The notes under the pieces: generated by a model | What the model was told of the DNA's origin: nothing | The model's input: only the letters and a program-made list of their open reading frames with translations | Database searches by the model: none | Program-made: the position numbers and the translations under genes | DNA from: an uncultured Myxococcales bacterium | Lineage (GTDB): Bacteria > Myxococcota_A > UBA9042 > DTJE01 | Assembly: GCA_903847405.1 (NCBI GenBank) | Contig: CAINDP010000153.1 | Location: 4,121 to 68,120 of the forward strand | DNA length: 64,000 nt | Direction: 5' to 3' | Part shown: positions 10,340 to 20,675 of the stretch, one piece after another | Numbering within the stretch: the first letter of the stretch is position 1 | Layout: the number at the start of each line of letters is the position of its first letter

Positions 10340-11187
10340 ACCGCCAACCCACGTGGCTGCGCGCGATGCTGCTGAACCTGGCCCTGATCGCCGCCTGCCT
10401 GGTCACGCTGTACCCGGTGCTGTGGGTCGTCAAGATGGCCCTGACCCCGTCCCAGGCGTTCTCGCTGTCCCCCAACCCCTTTCCCGACACCTTCAGCCTG
10501 TCCAACTTCCGGGACCTGGTCGGCGCCACCGACCTGGCCGGGCACTGGCTGTTCGGACGGTGGCTGCTGAACTCGGTCATCGTCGCCACCGCCACCACCG
10601 CCCTGGGCGTGGCCCTGGCGACCACCGCCGCCTATGCGTTCAGCCGTTTCGCCTTCCCCGGCAAGCGCCTGGGCATGACGCTGTTCCTGGTCACCCAGAT
10701 GTTCCCCGGCGTCGTGATGGCCATCCCGCTGTACCTGCTGCTGGACACGCTGGGCCTGCTGGACAGCATGGTGGGCCTGACGCTGGTCTATGCCACCACC
10801 GCGGTGCCCTTCTGCGTGTGGATGATGAAGGGCTACTTCGACACGATCCCGAAGGAGCTGGAGGAGGCCGCCCTGATGGACGGCGCCGGCCGCTGGACCC
10901 TGTTCACCCGCATCGTGCTGCCCCTGGCCCGGCCGGCGCTGGTCGTCACCGCGCTGTTTTCCTTCATGACGGCCTGGAACGAATTCATCCTGGCCGCCAC
11001 CTTCCTGTCCGACGAAACCTCCTTCACGCTGCCGGTCGCGCTGCAGCGCTATGTCGGCGACTACTCGACCGAGTGGGGCCGGTTCGCCGCGGGCGCCATC
11101 CTGGTCAGCACCCCCGTCATGGCCCTGTTCTTCGCGCTGCAGAAGCACCTGGTGGGCGGGTTGACGGCGGGCGGGGTCAAGGGGTAG
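10336..11187 (+). CDS. malG: Maltodextrin ABC permease (MalG-like)
   Basis: ATGA overlap; QMFPG, KGYFDTIPKELEEAALMDGA, GLTAGGVKG. Confidence 0.93.
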   Translation: MNRQPTWLRAMLLNLALIAACLVTLYPVLWVVKMALTPSQAFSLSPNPFPDTFSLSNFRDLVGATDLAGHWLFGRWLLNSVIVATATTALGVALATTAAYAFSRFAFPGKRLGMTLFLVTQMFPGVVMAIPLYLLLDTLGLLDSMVGLTLVYATTAVPFCVWMMKGYFDTIPKELEEAALMDGAGRWTLFTRIVLPLARPALVVTALFSFMTAWNEFILAATFLSDETSFTLPVALQRYVGDYSTEWGRFAAGAILVSTPVMALFFALQKHLVGGLTAGGVKG

Positions 11188-11201
11188 GTGCTCGGCGCAG
11201 G

Positions 11202-12296
11202 CTACCAGCCGTTCCCGATGTGGAACTTCCCGTGACAGGAACCGTTGCAGGTGTTCAGCACCATCGAGATCCCGGGCAGGGTGCGGTCCACGGCCCCGTT
11301 CACGTGAAGGTCCGGGTTCTGGATGGTCGTGCTGCCGGTCACGACGGCGCCGTGGCAGTCCCCGCACTCGAGGCCCTCGCCCAGGTGCTTCCTGTGGTCC
11401 CCGCTCATGCCTCCCCAACTGGCCTCGACGGCCTTGGACCCGTGGCAGCCGCCGCAGTCGGGCGCGGGATCCCGGTCGCCGATGGCGCCGTTGTCCCCCT
11501 GTCCGTTCCCGTGGCAATAGGCGGTCGCGCACCGGCCGGCCGCAGCATCCCGGACGGCCGCGTCGCTGATGTCGTGGAAGATCACTTCGCTGCGGCCGGG
11601 CGTGTCGTCCAGGATGTGCCCCGGGTCCAGCAGGGCCGCCGGCTTGACGTGGCATTCCTTGCAGTCGTAGGCCGGGTGGCGCGTGCGGGACACGTGGGCC
11701 GTGTGGGCCGGGTAGCGCAGTTCGGCGGCCGCGGTCGCGCCGGAAAGATCGCGTGGAGGCGCGCCGGTCGCGTTGTCCGTGCCGCCGTGACAGAAGGTGC
11801 AGTTCGTCCGCCACCCTTCCGAGTGGCAGTCGTCGCACCCCGGCGCGTTTCCCTTGCCCGACAGGGTGGTCCCGTGGCAGGTGCGACAGTCCTCCTGTCC
11901 GACCTTCAGGGCCGCTCCGTGGACGGCCGGGTCCGACCAGCCCTCCGGGTGATAGGCCGGTCCCGGGTCCGATGCGCCCGGGTCGGGAGTGCCCGGGTCG
12001 GAAGCGCCCGGGTCGTCCGGGGTTCCGGGGTCGGTGGACGCGTCGTCCGGGGCCGTCCCGGGGTCCACGACGGTCCCCGGATCCTCCCCGGGACCCGGGT
12101 CCTCGACGGCCGCATCCGGCGGCGGCGCGAGGTCGGTACGGTCGATGTCCGCGAATCCGGTGTCGCCCGGGTTCCCGGGATCCAGCCTCCCTTCATCCGT
12201 CACAGCGGGAGTGTCCGCCACGGTTCCGTCGCCGCCACCGCAGGCTCCGGCACCCAGCACACCAATCACCAGGATTCCCCATGCCGCCTGTCGCAT
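11202..12296 (-). CDS. Multiheme c-type cytochrome lipoprotein (CxxxxCH/CxxCH type)
   Basis: AGAC lipobox; DPG linker; six CxxCH (CRTCH, CDDCH, CTFCH, CKECH, CGGCH, CGDCH) plus CATAYCH and CNGSCH. Confidence 0.85.
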   Translation of the reverse strand: MRQAAWGILVIGVLGAGACGGGDGTVADTPAVTDEGRLDPGNPGDTGFADIDRTDLAPPPDAAVEDPGPGEDPGTVVDPGTAPDDASTDPGTPDDPGASDPGTPDPGASDPGPAYHPEGWSDPAVHGAALKVGQEDCRTCHGTTLSGKGNAPGCDDCHSEGWRTNCTFCHGGTDNATGAPPRDLSGATAAAELRYPAHTAHVSRTRHPAYDCKECHVKPAALLDPGHILDDTPGRSEVIFHDISDAAVRDAAAGRCATAYCHGNGQGDNGAIGDRDPAPDCGGCHGSKAVEASWGGMSGDHRKHLGEGLECGDCHGAVVTGSTTIQNPDLHVNGAVDRTLPGISMVLNTCNGSCHGKFHIGNGW

Positions 12297-12411
12297 CGCG
12301 CCTCCTCCTGCACCGGGCCGTCATGTCGGTCCGCCTGACGGGGATGGATCTTGTCCGATAACAGTCTGCGGCACAAGCCCCAGGCGCAGCAGGAGGAAAG
12401 GGTCCCGGGCG

Positions 12412-13062
12412 TCACGCCTTCGTGGCGTCCAACCCGGCCAGGATCACTTCGACGAAGCGGGCCAGGTCCCGTTCGGCGACGGGCCGGAACGACGCGAATT
12501 CGGGACGCGACAGGACCTCCACCGCGGCCTGCGAGGGGTGCGCGGCGGGCCACAGGCCGGCGACGTACAGCGCGATCGCCTGGACGGCCCAGGCGGCGTC
12601 CCCGGGGTCCAGCCAGGGCAGCACGCGCACCATCGCTGCGGCAGCCTGCCCGGTCAACGCGACGATGCGGATCTTCGATTCGGCGATGGCGTCCACGCTG
12701 AGGTTGTGCTCCAGGATCGACGTGACCATCCCCAGCAGTTGGCACAACAGGGGGCGTCCCAGCCAGGCCGCCACGAACCGCGCCGCCACGGTCGAACGCT
12801 TCAGGGGACGCCGACCCAGGCGCGCCTCCATGTCCTCCAGGAGTTCCTCCATTTCCGTCACCAGCAGGTGCAGCAGGATGTGCTCGCGGCTCTCGAAATA
12901 GCGGTAGATGTTCGGCTTGGACACACCGGAGCGCCGGCCGATCTCGTTCAACCCCAGTTCCATGGGGCCGACCTCGGATGCGATCTGACGGGCGGCCGCC
13001 AGGATGGCCTCACGGCGAACCTCCTTCTCCTCGGGTTTCCGGGCCCGCTGGAACGCCTTCAT
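12412..13062 (-). CDS. TetR-family transcriptional regulator
   Basis: FQRAR...RREAILAAA, GVSKPNIYRYFESRE helix-turn-helix. Confidence 0.92.
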   Translation of the reverse strand: MKAFQRARKPEEKEVRREAILAAARQIASEVGPMELGLNEIGRRSGVSKPNIYRYFESREHILLHLLVTEMEELLEDMEARLGRRPLKRSTVAARFVAAWLGRPLLCQLLGMVTSILEHNLSVDAIAESKIRIVALTGQAAAAMVRVLPWLDPGDAAWAVQAIALYVAGLWPAAHPSQAAVEVLSRPEFASFRPVAERDLARFVEVILAGLDATKA

Positions 13063-13075
13063 GGTCCGCCCCCCG

Positions 13076-13909
13076 TCACTTCGCGTTCCGCAGCACGAAC
13101 CGCATCATCCTGTCGAAGCACCGATCCGGCAGCAGCCAGCGCAGGAACAGGCTGGTGGACGATGCCGCCCCGGCGTGGTACCGGGTTTTCGGCCGACGCG
13201 CCGTGATGCCCTTTTCGATGATTTTCGCGATGACCTCGGGAGGGGACGCCTGCTTTTCGCCCATGCCCAGCAGGTTCGCGCCGCGCTGCGCCTGGTCCCG
13301 ATACGCCGTGTTCCCCGAGACCTTCATCAGGTTTTCAGACGCGATCCCGCCCCACTCGGTGGCGATGCCGCCCGGCTCGATGATGACCACGGCGATCCCG
13401 AAACCCTCGACCTCCATGCGCAGACTGTCGCTCAGGCCTTCCAGCGCATGCTTCGTGGCGTGATACCAGCCGCCCAGGGGTTCGTAGATCTTTCCGGCGA
13501 TGGACGACACGTTCACGATTCGCCCGCAGCGCTGCTGCCTCATGGCCGGCAACACCAGTTGCGTCAGGCGCGCCAGTCCGAAGACGTTCACCTCGAACTG
13601 GTACCTGGCCTCGGACAGAGGCGTGTCCTCGAGGGCACCGAAGGACCCGTAGCCCGCGTTGTTCACCAGCGCGTCGATGCGCCCCTGCTCGGCCAGGATC
13701 TGCTGAACGACCGCCACCATCGAGGCCTCGTCCGTCACGTCCATCCTCAGCACGTGGATGCCCTTTTCGGCCAGCCCGGCCATGCGCTCCACCCGGCGCG
13801 CCGCCGCGTACACCACGTGGCCCGCGGCCTTCAACCGCAAGGCCGTCGCCTCGCCCATGCCCGACGAGGCACCCGTGATCAGCACCACACCCGCGTTCTT
13901 CCCGTTCAT
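13076..13909 (-). CDS. Short-chain dehydrogenase/reductase
   Basis: TGASSGMG, NNAGYG, YHATK; GGAGG before ATG 13909. Confidence 0.93.
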   Translation of the reverse strand: MNGKNAGVVLITGASSGMGEATALRLKAAGHVVYAAARRVERMAGLAEKGIHVLRMDVTDEASMVAVVQQILAEQGRIDALVNNAGYGSFGALEDTPLSEARYQFEVNVFGLARLTQLVLPAMRQQRCGRIVNVSSIAGKIYEPLGGWYHATKHALEGLSDSLRMEVEGFGIAVVIIEPGGIATEWGGIASENLMKVSGNTAYRDQAQRGANLLGMGEKQASPPEVIAKIIEKGITARRPKTRYHAGAASSTSLFLRWLLPDRCFDRMMRFVLRNAK

Positions 13910-14067
13910 GTTCGTGAACCTCCAACCGCCTTTCCGGCGCAACAAGCAACCATCGGTCCGTTAAATAAGGAACCGATGGACGCTTGTCAAGGGGTGTGGC
14001 GCGTCACCGGTTGGAATCCACGATGTGGGTTGATATCGGCGGAAGGACCCGGCAGACGGGAACCGGC

Positions 14068-15687
14068 CTATCGCGCACCCGCGATTCCCGACAGCACCTC
14101 GATCAACGGCTGAAGGTCGCCGCAGACACCGACGGGAAGCCAGGCCGGGATCACGCCCCCGGGGCAGATCCGGTCGGACCAGTCGGCGATCTGGCACAGT
14201 TGCAGCGTCCCGGCGCAAGCGGCCCCTCCCAGGCACGGATGGGTGGCGTCGCAGGGGCACATCGGCGGAATCGGCGACGGCACCATCAGCGGCCAGCCCG
14301 GCTCGCCCTTCATCGCATCGGCCAGGGTGGCCACCAGGTCGGTGCAGGACTGCCCCGGGCCGCAGCACGCGGTCACGCCGTCGCACCGGCCCCGCGGGTC
14401 CAGGCAGACGCCGCCGGTCGCGTTGCTGCACACCAGGCTGCCGCCATCGGCGCCGGGCGGGCAGTCCGCGTCGGTCGAGCACATCGCGCCACAGTCGGGC
14501 GACCGGCAGGCGGTCCCGTCCGGGAACAGGCAGGTGTAGGTCGGGTCGCCGGTGCAGGTGCAGGTCGGATCGATCGCGGCACACCCCGCGTCGCTGAGGC
14601 AGCCATTGAACACGTCGCTCCAGCAACCGCTCCCGTCGGGCCGCCGGCACTCGAACGTCGGGGCGCCGGTACACGCGCAGGAGGGGTCGATGGAGGCGCA
14701 CTGGAGGTCGGTGTCGCACTGCACGCACTGGGGGACATGGTTGACGACCTTGAGCACAGGCAGCGGGAACACGCACTGGTTGCAGGATTCGCACGGTTCG
14801 TCGTAACTGCACGTGTGCGTATCGGGTCCGCAGGTCGGAGGGATGTCCGACGGCTCGGTGCAGTCCGCGTCCACGCAGCACTGGCCGCACCGGCCGTCCC
14901 CGCACTTCCTCAGGGCTCCGCAACTGCCCGGGAATTCGTTGCACACGTAGGGGACCACCGACAGGTCGCAGATCTTCGGCCAGGTGCAGTGGCTGTTGTT
15001 CAGGCACTCGTAGCAGGTCGTGCCCTCGGGCGACGGGAACGGTGTGGCGGCGTCGCACCCCCCGCACCGTTCGGGATCCAGCGGCTGGCAGAGTCGCGCC
15101 CCCTTGTCGGTGGTGACGCAGGTGAAATTCACGGAATCCGGGCACGGGGCCCAGTCCGAGCACGTGGCCACGCACGCTCCGGTCGCGGAGCCGCTGGTCT
15201 TGTAGCAGCGCGGGGCATCGGCCGTGCAATCGAAGTCGAAGGTGCACAGGTCACAGGCCGTGCGACCGTTCTTGCACGCACCGGTCACGAAGTCGCAGAC
15301 CATTCCGGCCTTGCACGGCGTCTCCGAGGCGCAGGCGACGCAGTTGTACGAAACCGGCAGGCAGGACTTGCTGGCCGACGAGGCGGCATAACAGACGTAC
15401 GACGGCGGGCAGTCCCCGTCATCGACGCAGTCCGCCAGGCAATACTTCGTCGCGCCTACCGGCAGGCACCGGGCGCCCGTCCCGCACTCCCCGTCCGCTT
15501 CGCACGGGGTGCAGTTCGTCACGGTCGTCGGCGGCGCCAGATCGGCAGGGACGTCCGCGATCGCGTCACCCGCGACGTCCTCGACCCCCGGGTCCGGAAC
15601 CTTCGACGCGTCGTCCGCGACCGGGGTTTCGAAGCACCCGGCCAGCAGCAGGATTCCCGCGGCGAGGACCGTCGTTCGATGCGTCAT
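14068..15687 (-). CDS. Cysteine-rich lipoprotein of unknown function
   Basis: GGAAGGGG before ATG; LLAGC lipobox; many CxxDxxC repeats; internal duplication CA(S/A)IDP(S/T)CxCTGxPT(F/Y)xC. Confidence 0.75.
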   Translation of the reverse strand: MTHRTTVLAAGILLLAGCFETPVADDASKVPDPGVEDVAGDAIADVPADLAPPTTVTNCTPCEADGECGTGARCLPVGATKYCLADCVDDGDCPPSYVCYAASSASKSCLPVSYNCVACASETPCKAGMVCDFVTGACKNGRTACDLCTFDFDCTADAPRCYKTSGSATGACVATCSDWAPCPDSVNFTCVTTDKGARLCQPLDPERCGGCDAATPFPSPEGTTCYECLNNSHCTWPKICDLSVVPYVCNEFPGSCGALRKCGDGRCGQCCVDADCTEPSDIPPTCGPDTHTCSYDEPCESCNQCVFPLPVLKVVNHVPQCVQCDTDLQCASIDPSCACTGAPTFECRRPDGSGCWSDVFNGCLSDAGCAAIDPTCTCTGDPTYTCLFPDGTACRSPDCGAMCSTDADCPPGADGGSLVCSNATGGVCLDPRGRCDGVTACCGPGQSCTDLVATLADAMKGEPGWPLMVPSPIPPMCPCDATHPCLGGAACAGTLQLCQIADWSDRICPGGVIPAWLPVGVCGDLQPLIEVLSGIAGAR

Positions 15688-15742
15688 CAACATCCCCTTC
15701 CAGAACGTGTGAAGGCATCGTACGGAATTCGACCGGGGGGGA

Positions 15743-17431
15743 TCAAGGGGCCGGCCAGATCGTGTCCAGTGCCCGGACCTCCAGCGGCTCGAAGGTCGCG
15801 GCGGCTCCGATGGTGAACAGGCCCATCCGATCGGCGGCGGGATCGGGGAAGACCAGCGCGGTGATCGTGACGTCGCCGGAAAACACTTCGACGGACGAGC
15901 GGTCGGCGATGACCCGGAACGTGATGCCGCCATCGACATCGGCGGGTCGGGCCGCCGCGAAGCGCCCCCCGAACAGGGTGTCCACGCCCGTTCCCAGGGC
16001 TCCGCTGCGGTCCAGGAAGACCTCGCCCCGGTCGCGGTCGTATCCCACCAGGACGGCTCCGGCCTCGGGGTCCACCGGGAAGGCGTCGCCCGCAACCGCC
16101 CCCGCCCCACCGCCCACGAACAGGCGCAGGCCCGCCCGCGACCAGGTCCCCGGCGCCAGGCGGAACGTCACGTCCAGCGGGTAGCCGCCCACGGGACCCG
16201 ACAGGTCGGCCGCCCCGTCCACGTCGAAGCGCCCCGCCCGGGCCAGCACGCCCAGGTCCAGGGACGCCAGGTCCACCGGGGCCTGGACCAGCACGGGCAC
16301 GCCCCCCCGATCCACCAGGCGCAGGTCCCGCGGCAGGGTCAGTGCACCACGCCACGCCTCGGTCGGCGTGATCAGCGCATAGGACCAGTGATCCATCCAG
16401 GCGATCCAGGTCCGGCGCCCGGCCGGTGCGTCGGACCAGGACTGGGCGGCGTAGAAATCGGGGCCGTGATCGATGATCCGCGGCTGCGGGGCGGCCGGGG
16501 CGAACACCTTGCCGTCGAAGGTCCCCGTGAACGCCCAGGAATCGGGCCGGGCGGCGGCCAGGCCCCGGTTCGTGTCAATCTTGAACACCCACGCCGTCTT
16601 CAGCGGATCGCCGTCGATCGGCAGTTCGAACAGGTCCGGGCACTCCCAGGTTCCCTCCAGGCCCTCGACGGGCCCGAAGGTCCCCGAGGGCGTCCAGTCC
16701 AGGAGGTCCGGGCTGCTGTAGAAGCGCGCGCGATCCCCGGCCGCCGCGACCAGGACCCAGCCCTCCTCAACGCGGAACACCTTGGGATCCCGGAAATCCG
16801 TCAGGTCGGGCTGGCGCAGCACCGGGCTGCGGGGATGCAGGACCCAGGTCCGCCCCCGGTCGATGCTGACGGCCAGGCTCTGCTTTTCGGTGCCGTCGGA
16901 ACCGCCGTGGTGCGTGAACATGACGGCCAGGCAGGAATCGGGCGCCCCGGGTCCCGTCGCGCACGCCGCCCTGGCGGCCCCATCGACCACGAACCCGGAT
17001 CCCGAGAACGGCTGGCCCAGGTCCGCATCGGGGACCAGGGCCGGCGCCAGGGACGTCCAGCGCAGCAGGTCCGTTCCGACCTGGTGGCCCCACTGCAACT
17101 CGCCCCAGAACGGCACCTCGGGGTTGGCCTGCTGGAACAGGTGGTACTCGCCCTCTGCGTAGACCAGGCCGACCGGGTCGTTGATCCAGCCCGCCTCCGG
17201 GCTGTAATGCACCTGGGGACGCCAGGGCTCCGCGCGGGCGGTGGGCGGCCGGGGCACGTCGAAGGTCACCAGGCCGGGGTTGTCGGCCCCGTCGGCCCCG
17301 TCGGCGGCGTCCAGGGCGTCGCCCTCGGCGGAGTCCTCGACGACATCGACCGCAGGATCCCCCTTGGACCCGCACCCGGCCGCCAGCAGCACGATCACGA
17401 CAGGGACGCAGGAGGCAAATCGCGTTTTCAT
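15743..17431 (-). CDS. GH32 beta-fructofuranosidase/levanase lipoprotein
   Basis: AAGC lipobox; WINDP, FSGS, FRDP and WECP catalytic motifs; DRSSVEVF C-terminal domain. Confidence 0.93.
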   Translation of the reverse strand: MKTRFASCVPVVIVLLAAGCGSKGDPAVDVVEDSAEGDALDAADGADGADNPGLVTFDVPRPPTARAEPWRPQVHYSPEAGWINDPVGLVYAEGEYHLFQQANPEVPFWGELQWGHQVGTDLLRWTSLAPALVPDADLGQPFSGSGFVVDGAARAACATGPGAPDSCLAVMFTHHGGSDGTEKQSLAVSIDRGRTWVLHPRSPVLRQPDLTDFRDPKVFRVEEGWVLVAAAGDRARFYSSPDLLDWTPSGTFGPVEGLEGTWECPDLFELPIDGDPLKTAWVFKIDTNRGLAAARPDSWAFTGTFDGKVFAPAAPQPRIIDHGPDFYAAQSWSDAPAGRRTWIAWMDHWSYALITPTEAWRGALTLPRDLRLVDRGGVPVLVQAPVDLASLDLGVLARAGRFDVDGAADLSGPVGGYPLDVTFRLAPGTWSRAGLRLFVGGGAGAVAGDAFPVDPEAGAVLVGYDRDRGEVFLDRSGALGTGVDTLFGGRFAAARPADVDGGITFRVIADRSSVEVFSGDVTITALVFPDPAADRMGLFTIGAAATFEPLEVRALDTIWPAP

Positions 17432-17518
17432 GGCGCGATGGTAGCGCGCGCGGGCCGAATCAACCACTGTCTCGTTCGACACGGTAGAATCCCCCCGTCT
17501 CCCCAACGGAGCCTCCCC

Positions 17519-18481
17519 ATGGCCGGATTCCGCTTCGCGGTCCTCGCGTGCCTGGTCCCCCTGGCAGCCGCCCAGGCCTGCGACTCCGGATCGCCCGCCG
17601 TGAACGTGCTGTCGTGGGACACGCCCGACGCCGCCACCGGCGCCGACCAGGCAACCGACGGCCACGGGGGCGCCGATGTGAACCGCGACGTCCCGCCGTG
17701 GGATCCGGGCTTCGACGTTCCGCCCTTCGATGTCGCAAACGATCCGGCCGGCGACGAATCGCCGCCCGACGGCGTCGTCGAGGACGTTCCAGCGGATGCC
17801 CCGGCCGACCCGTCCCCGGTGGACGTCGCGCCCGACGTGCAGCCCGACACGCACCCCGACGTCGCGCAGGACACGATGCTGGACATGCCGGCCGACTACG
17901 GCCCCATCGAACTGTCCTGCAGCCAGATCCTGGACTGCGCCGTCACCTGCGACTACGCGATGGGGTGCGTGCAGCAGTGCATCGCCCGGGGCGGACCGTC
18001 GGCGCGGGCCGCGGCCCAGGCCCTCCTGTCATGCACGATGGACGCGTGCTCCCAGTTCCTGCAGGACGGCCAGGCCCTGCAGACCTGCGTCATCCAGTAT
18101 TGCCGTGACGAGGGGTTGAACTGCCTGAACGACGCCTGCCAGCCGTCCTGCGACGGGAAGGAATGCGGTCCCGACGGATGCGGCGCCGACTGCGGCACCT
18201 GCGGCCCCGGCATGACCTGCGACGGCGGCGGCACGTGCGTCGTGGGCCAGGGGCTGTCGTGCCTGGAGGTCGTCGATTGCGCCCTCACCTGCGGCCCCGG
18301 CGACTTCAACTGCATCCAGGCGTGCCAGGCCCAGGGCGCCCCGCCCGCCCGGACCGCCTTCCAGGCCCTCTTCGGGTGCATCGTGCAGAAGTGCGCGCAG
18401 TCCGCCCAGACCCCGGCGCAACTGGAGGCCTGCGCGCTGCAGCAGTGTCCCGTGGAGTACGCGGACTGCCAGGCGAACTGA
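17519..18481 (+). CDS. Cysteine-rich secreted/lipoprotein with acidic linker
   Basis: Signal peptide AQAC; Asp/Pro linker; two LSCxxxxDCAxTC...ARxAxQAL repeats around a CDGKECGPDGCGADCGTC module. Confidence 0.75.
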   Translation: MAGFRFAVLACLVPLAAAQACDSGSPAVNVLSWDTPDAATGADQATDGHGGADVNRDVPPWDPGFDVPPFDVANDPAGDESPPDGVVEDVPADAPADPSPVDVAPDVQPDTHPDVAQDTMLDMPADYGPIELSCSQILDCAVTCDYAMGCVQQCIARGGPSARAAAQALLSCTMDACSQFLQDGQALQTCVIQYCRDEGLNCLNDACQPSCDGKECGPDGCGADCGTCGPGMTCDGGGTCVVGQGLSCLEVVDCALTCGPGDFNCIQACQAQGAPPARTAFQALFGCIVQKCAQSAQTPAQLEACALQQCPVEYADCQAN

Positions 18482-18510
18482 CACACCCGCGCCGTACCGT
18501 CAGTCGGAAA

Positions 18511-19764
18511 TCATTCCCAGAAGGTCTTCAGCTTGCTGGTGTGGGAGGGGTTCCGCAGCTTGTGCAGGGCCTTGCCCTCGATCTGCCGGATGCGTTCGCG
18601 GGTGACCTTGAACTCCTGCCCGACTTCCTCCAGCGTGTGGTCCCGGTCCTCGCCGATGCCGAAACGCATCCGCAGGACCTTTTCCTCACGCGGCGGCAGC
18701 CTGCACAGGACCTTGCGGGTCTGCTCGGACAGGTCGGCGTTCGCCACCCACTCGGGCGGGCTGGGCGCCGTGTGGTCCTCGATGAAGTCCCCGAGGTGGC
18801 TGTCGCCCTCGTCGCCGATGGGAGTTTCCAGCGAAATCGGGGTCCGCGCGATCTTCTGGATCATGCGCACCCGCTCGACGCTGCACTCCATCCGCTTGGC
18901 GATCTCCTCGGGCGTCGGCTCCCGGCCCAGCACCTGCACCAGTTCCCGGCTGGTCCGGACCAGTTTGCTGAGGTGCTCGATCATGTGGACCGGAATGCGG
19001 ATCGTCCGGGCCTGATCCGCCACGGCACGCGTGATCGCCTGCCGGATCCACCAGGTTGCGTACGTGCTGAACTTGTAGCCGCGACGGTACTCGAACTTTT
19101 CCACGGCCCGGATGAGCCCGAGGTTGCCTTCCTGGATCAGGTCCAGGAACTGCAACCCCCGGTTCGCGTATTTCTTGGCGATGGACACGACCAGGCGAAG
19201 GTTCGCCTTGATCATTTCGCCACGGGCCCGTTCGGCTCGGCGCTCGGCGGCCGCGACACGCACCAGTCGTTCCCGCAGCGCGGTGACTTCCTTCGACGGG
19301 GTGTCCCCCGAGGCGTCGGCCTCGATCAGGCGCTTCTTCCACCCGGTGACCACCGTCTGCACCGCGGGACGGTTCAGGCGCATGGTCGAAACGCGGTCAC
19401 GAGGAAGGCCGTCCTCGGCCGGCGGGAGGTCCGGAAAGACCATCCCGGTGCCCAGGACGAGGTCGTAGACCTCCATCTCGCCGTCCTCGATTCGCCGGGC
19501 GATGTCCACCTCGGCGTCACGGGTCAGCAGGGGCACTTCGCTCATCTGCCGCAGGTAGAGATGGACGGGATCGACGGACGTGCTGCGTACTTCACTGGCC
19601 CCGTCCTTGGGGGATCCGGGCCGCGGAGGGCTGGAGTCTTCGCTGTCTTCGGACGCGACAGGAGCCGCATCCCGCATCAGCGCGTCATCAAGGTCCGAAA
19701 GCGAGAGGGATCCCTCACGCTTCCTTCCTGCATCCTCACGGCGCCCGATGTCCGAGGAGTCCAT
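18511..19764 (-). CDS. RpoD-like sigma-70 factor (apparently lacking region 1.1)
   Basis: Region 1.2 [10 protein letters not shown]; [13 protein letters not shown]; [15 protein letters not shown]; [20 protein letters not shown]. Confidence 0.93.
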   Translation of the reverse strand: MDSSDIGRREDAGRKREGSLSLSDLDDALMRDAAPVASEDSEDSSPPRPGSPKDGASEVRSTSVDPVHLYLRQMSEVPLLTRDAEVDIARRIEDGEMEVYDLVLGTGMVFPDLPPAEDGLPRDRVSTMRLNRPAVQTVVTGWKKRLIEADASGDTPSKEVTALRERLVRVAAAERRAERARGEMIKANLRLVVSIAKKYANRGLQFLDLIQEGNLGLIRAVEKFEYRRGYKFSTYATWWIRQAITRAVADQARTIRIPVHMIEHLSKLVRTSRELVQVLGREPTPEEIAKRMECSVERVRMIQKIARTPISLETPIGDEGDSHLGDFIEDHTAPSPPEWVANADLSEQTRKVLCRLPPREEKVLRMRFGIGEDRDHTLEEVGQEFKVTRERIRQIEGKALHKLRNPSHTSKLKTFWE

Positions 19765-19945
19765 GCGTTCGCCCCGAGCAGGAGGCTTGGTGCGGGACTG
19801 CCGGGGACGTCGGCGACGCGGCCACTTTCGTGGTCACGCCGCGCGACGCCCCGGCATGCCGCCGATTCGAAAGCCCCGCGGGCCGGCCAACCGCCGATGC
19901 CCGAAGGACCTCACGCTAGAACGGATATCCTGAAGCCGGAGAGGC

Positions 19946-20251
19946 TCAGAAGCGGCGCGGGCCGCGGTCGTAACCGCCGCCACCACCGCCACCGCCACGC
20001 TCTTCGCGCTCACGGGGGTAATCGATCTTCACGGCGCGGCCGTCGATGATCTGACCGTCCATTTCGGTCTTGCACTTCGCGGCGGCCTCGTCGGTCGCAA
20101 ACGTCACGAAGCCGAACCCCTTCGACCGGCCGGTCTCGCGGTCCATGATCACCTTGACGTCCTCGATTTCACCGAAGCGCTCGCACGCCTCGCGAAGAGT
20201 CGATTCCGTCGTTCCCCAGGCCAGACCACCCATGAACAGCTTGTTCTTCAT
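19946..20251 (-). CDS. RRM RNA-binding protein with Gly-rich tail
   Basis: RNP2 LFMGGL, RNP1 KGFGFVTF, tail RGGGGGGGGY. Confidence 0.95.
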   Translation of the reverse strand: MKNKLFMGGLAWGTTESTLREACERFGEIEDVKVIMDRETGRSKGFGFVTFATDEAAAKCKTEMDGQIIDGRAVKIDYPREREERGGGGGGGGYDRGPRRF

Positions 20252-20467
20252 TCCGAACTCCCGATACGCAGGCTTCACGCCCGCACTGGCACACGCCCGA
20301 TACCCGGGCACGAAGGACCGCCACCCTGCTGCGCGCGACCTTCACCGAATGTCTGGTGCGCGACCTCGCGCACCGTTGATTCATGCCGTGTCAGCGGGCT
20401 CTTGACGAATCCGGTAGACTCGGTGGCGAAACGACTCGCGGCAGGAGGACCCCCTCCGTTCATCGGG

Positions 20468-20496
20468 AAGGTAGGCCTTCTCAAGTCGAATTGCAA
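20468..20496 (-). promoter_or_regulatory. Putative sigma-70 promoter of the RRM gene
   Basis: Minus strand TTGCAA-17bp-TACCTT with AT-rich upstream sequence. Confidence 0.55.
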
Positions 20497-20675
20497 GGAA
20501 TTTTCAGGAACTTGAGTCCCCACGCAGGCCTGACGGCGCTTCGGGCCTGTGCGCGAGGGCGGGAATCCGGATTCGGAACGTGCTATCTTCGTCGACACGC
20601 TTCTCTCGAATCCATGGGTGTCCACAGAATGGCAGGGCCGGTCGTGCGCGATCCCCAGGCCACCCGAGGGCGGAC

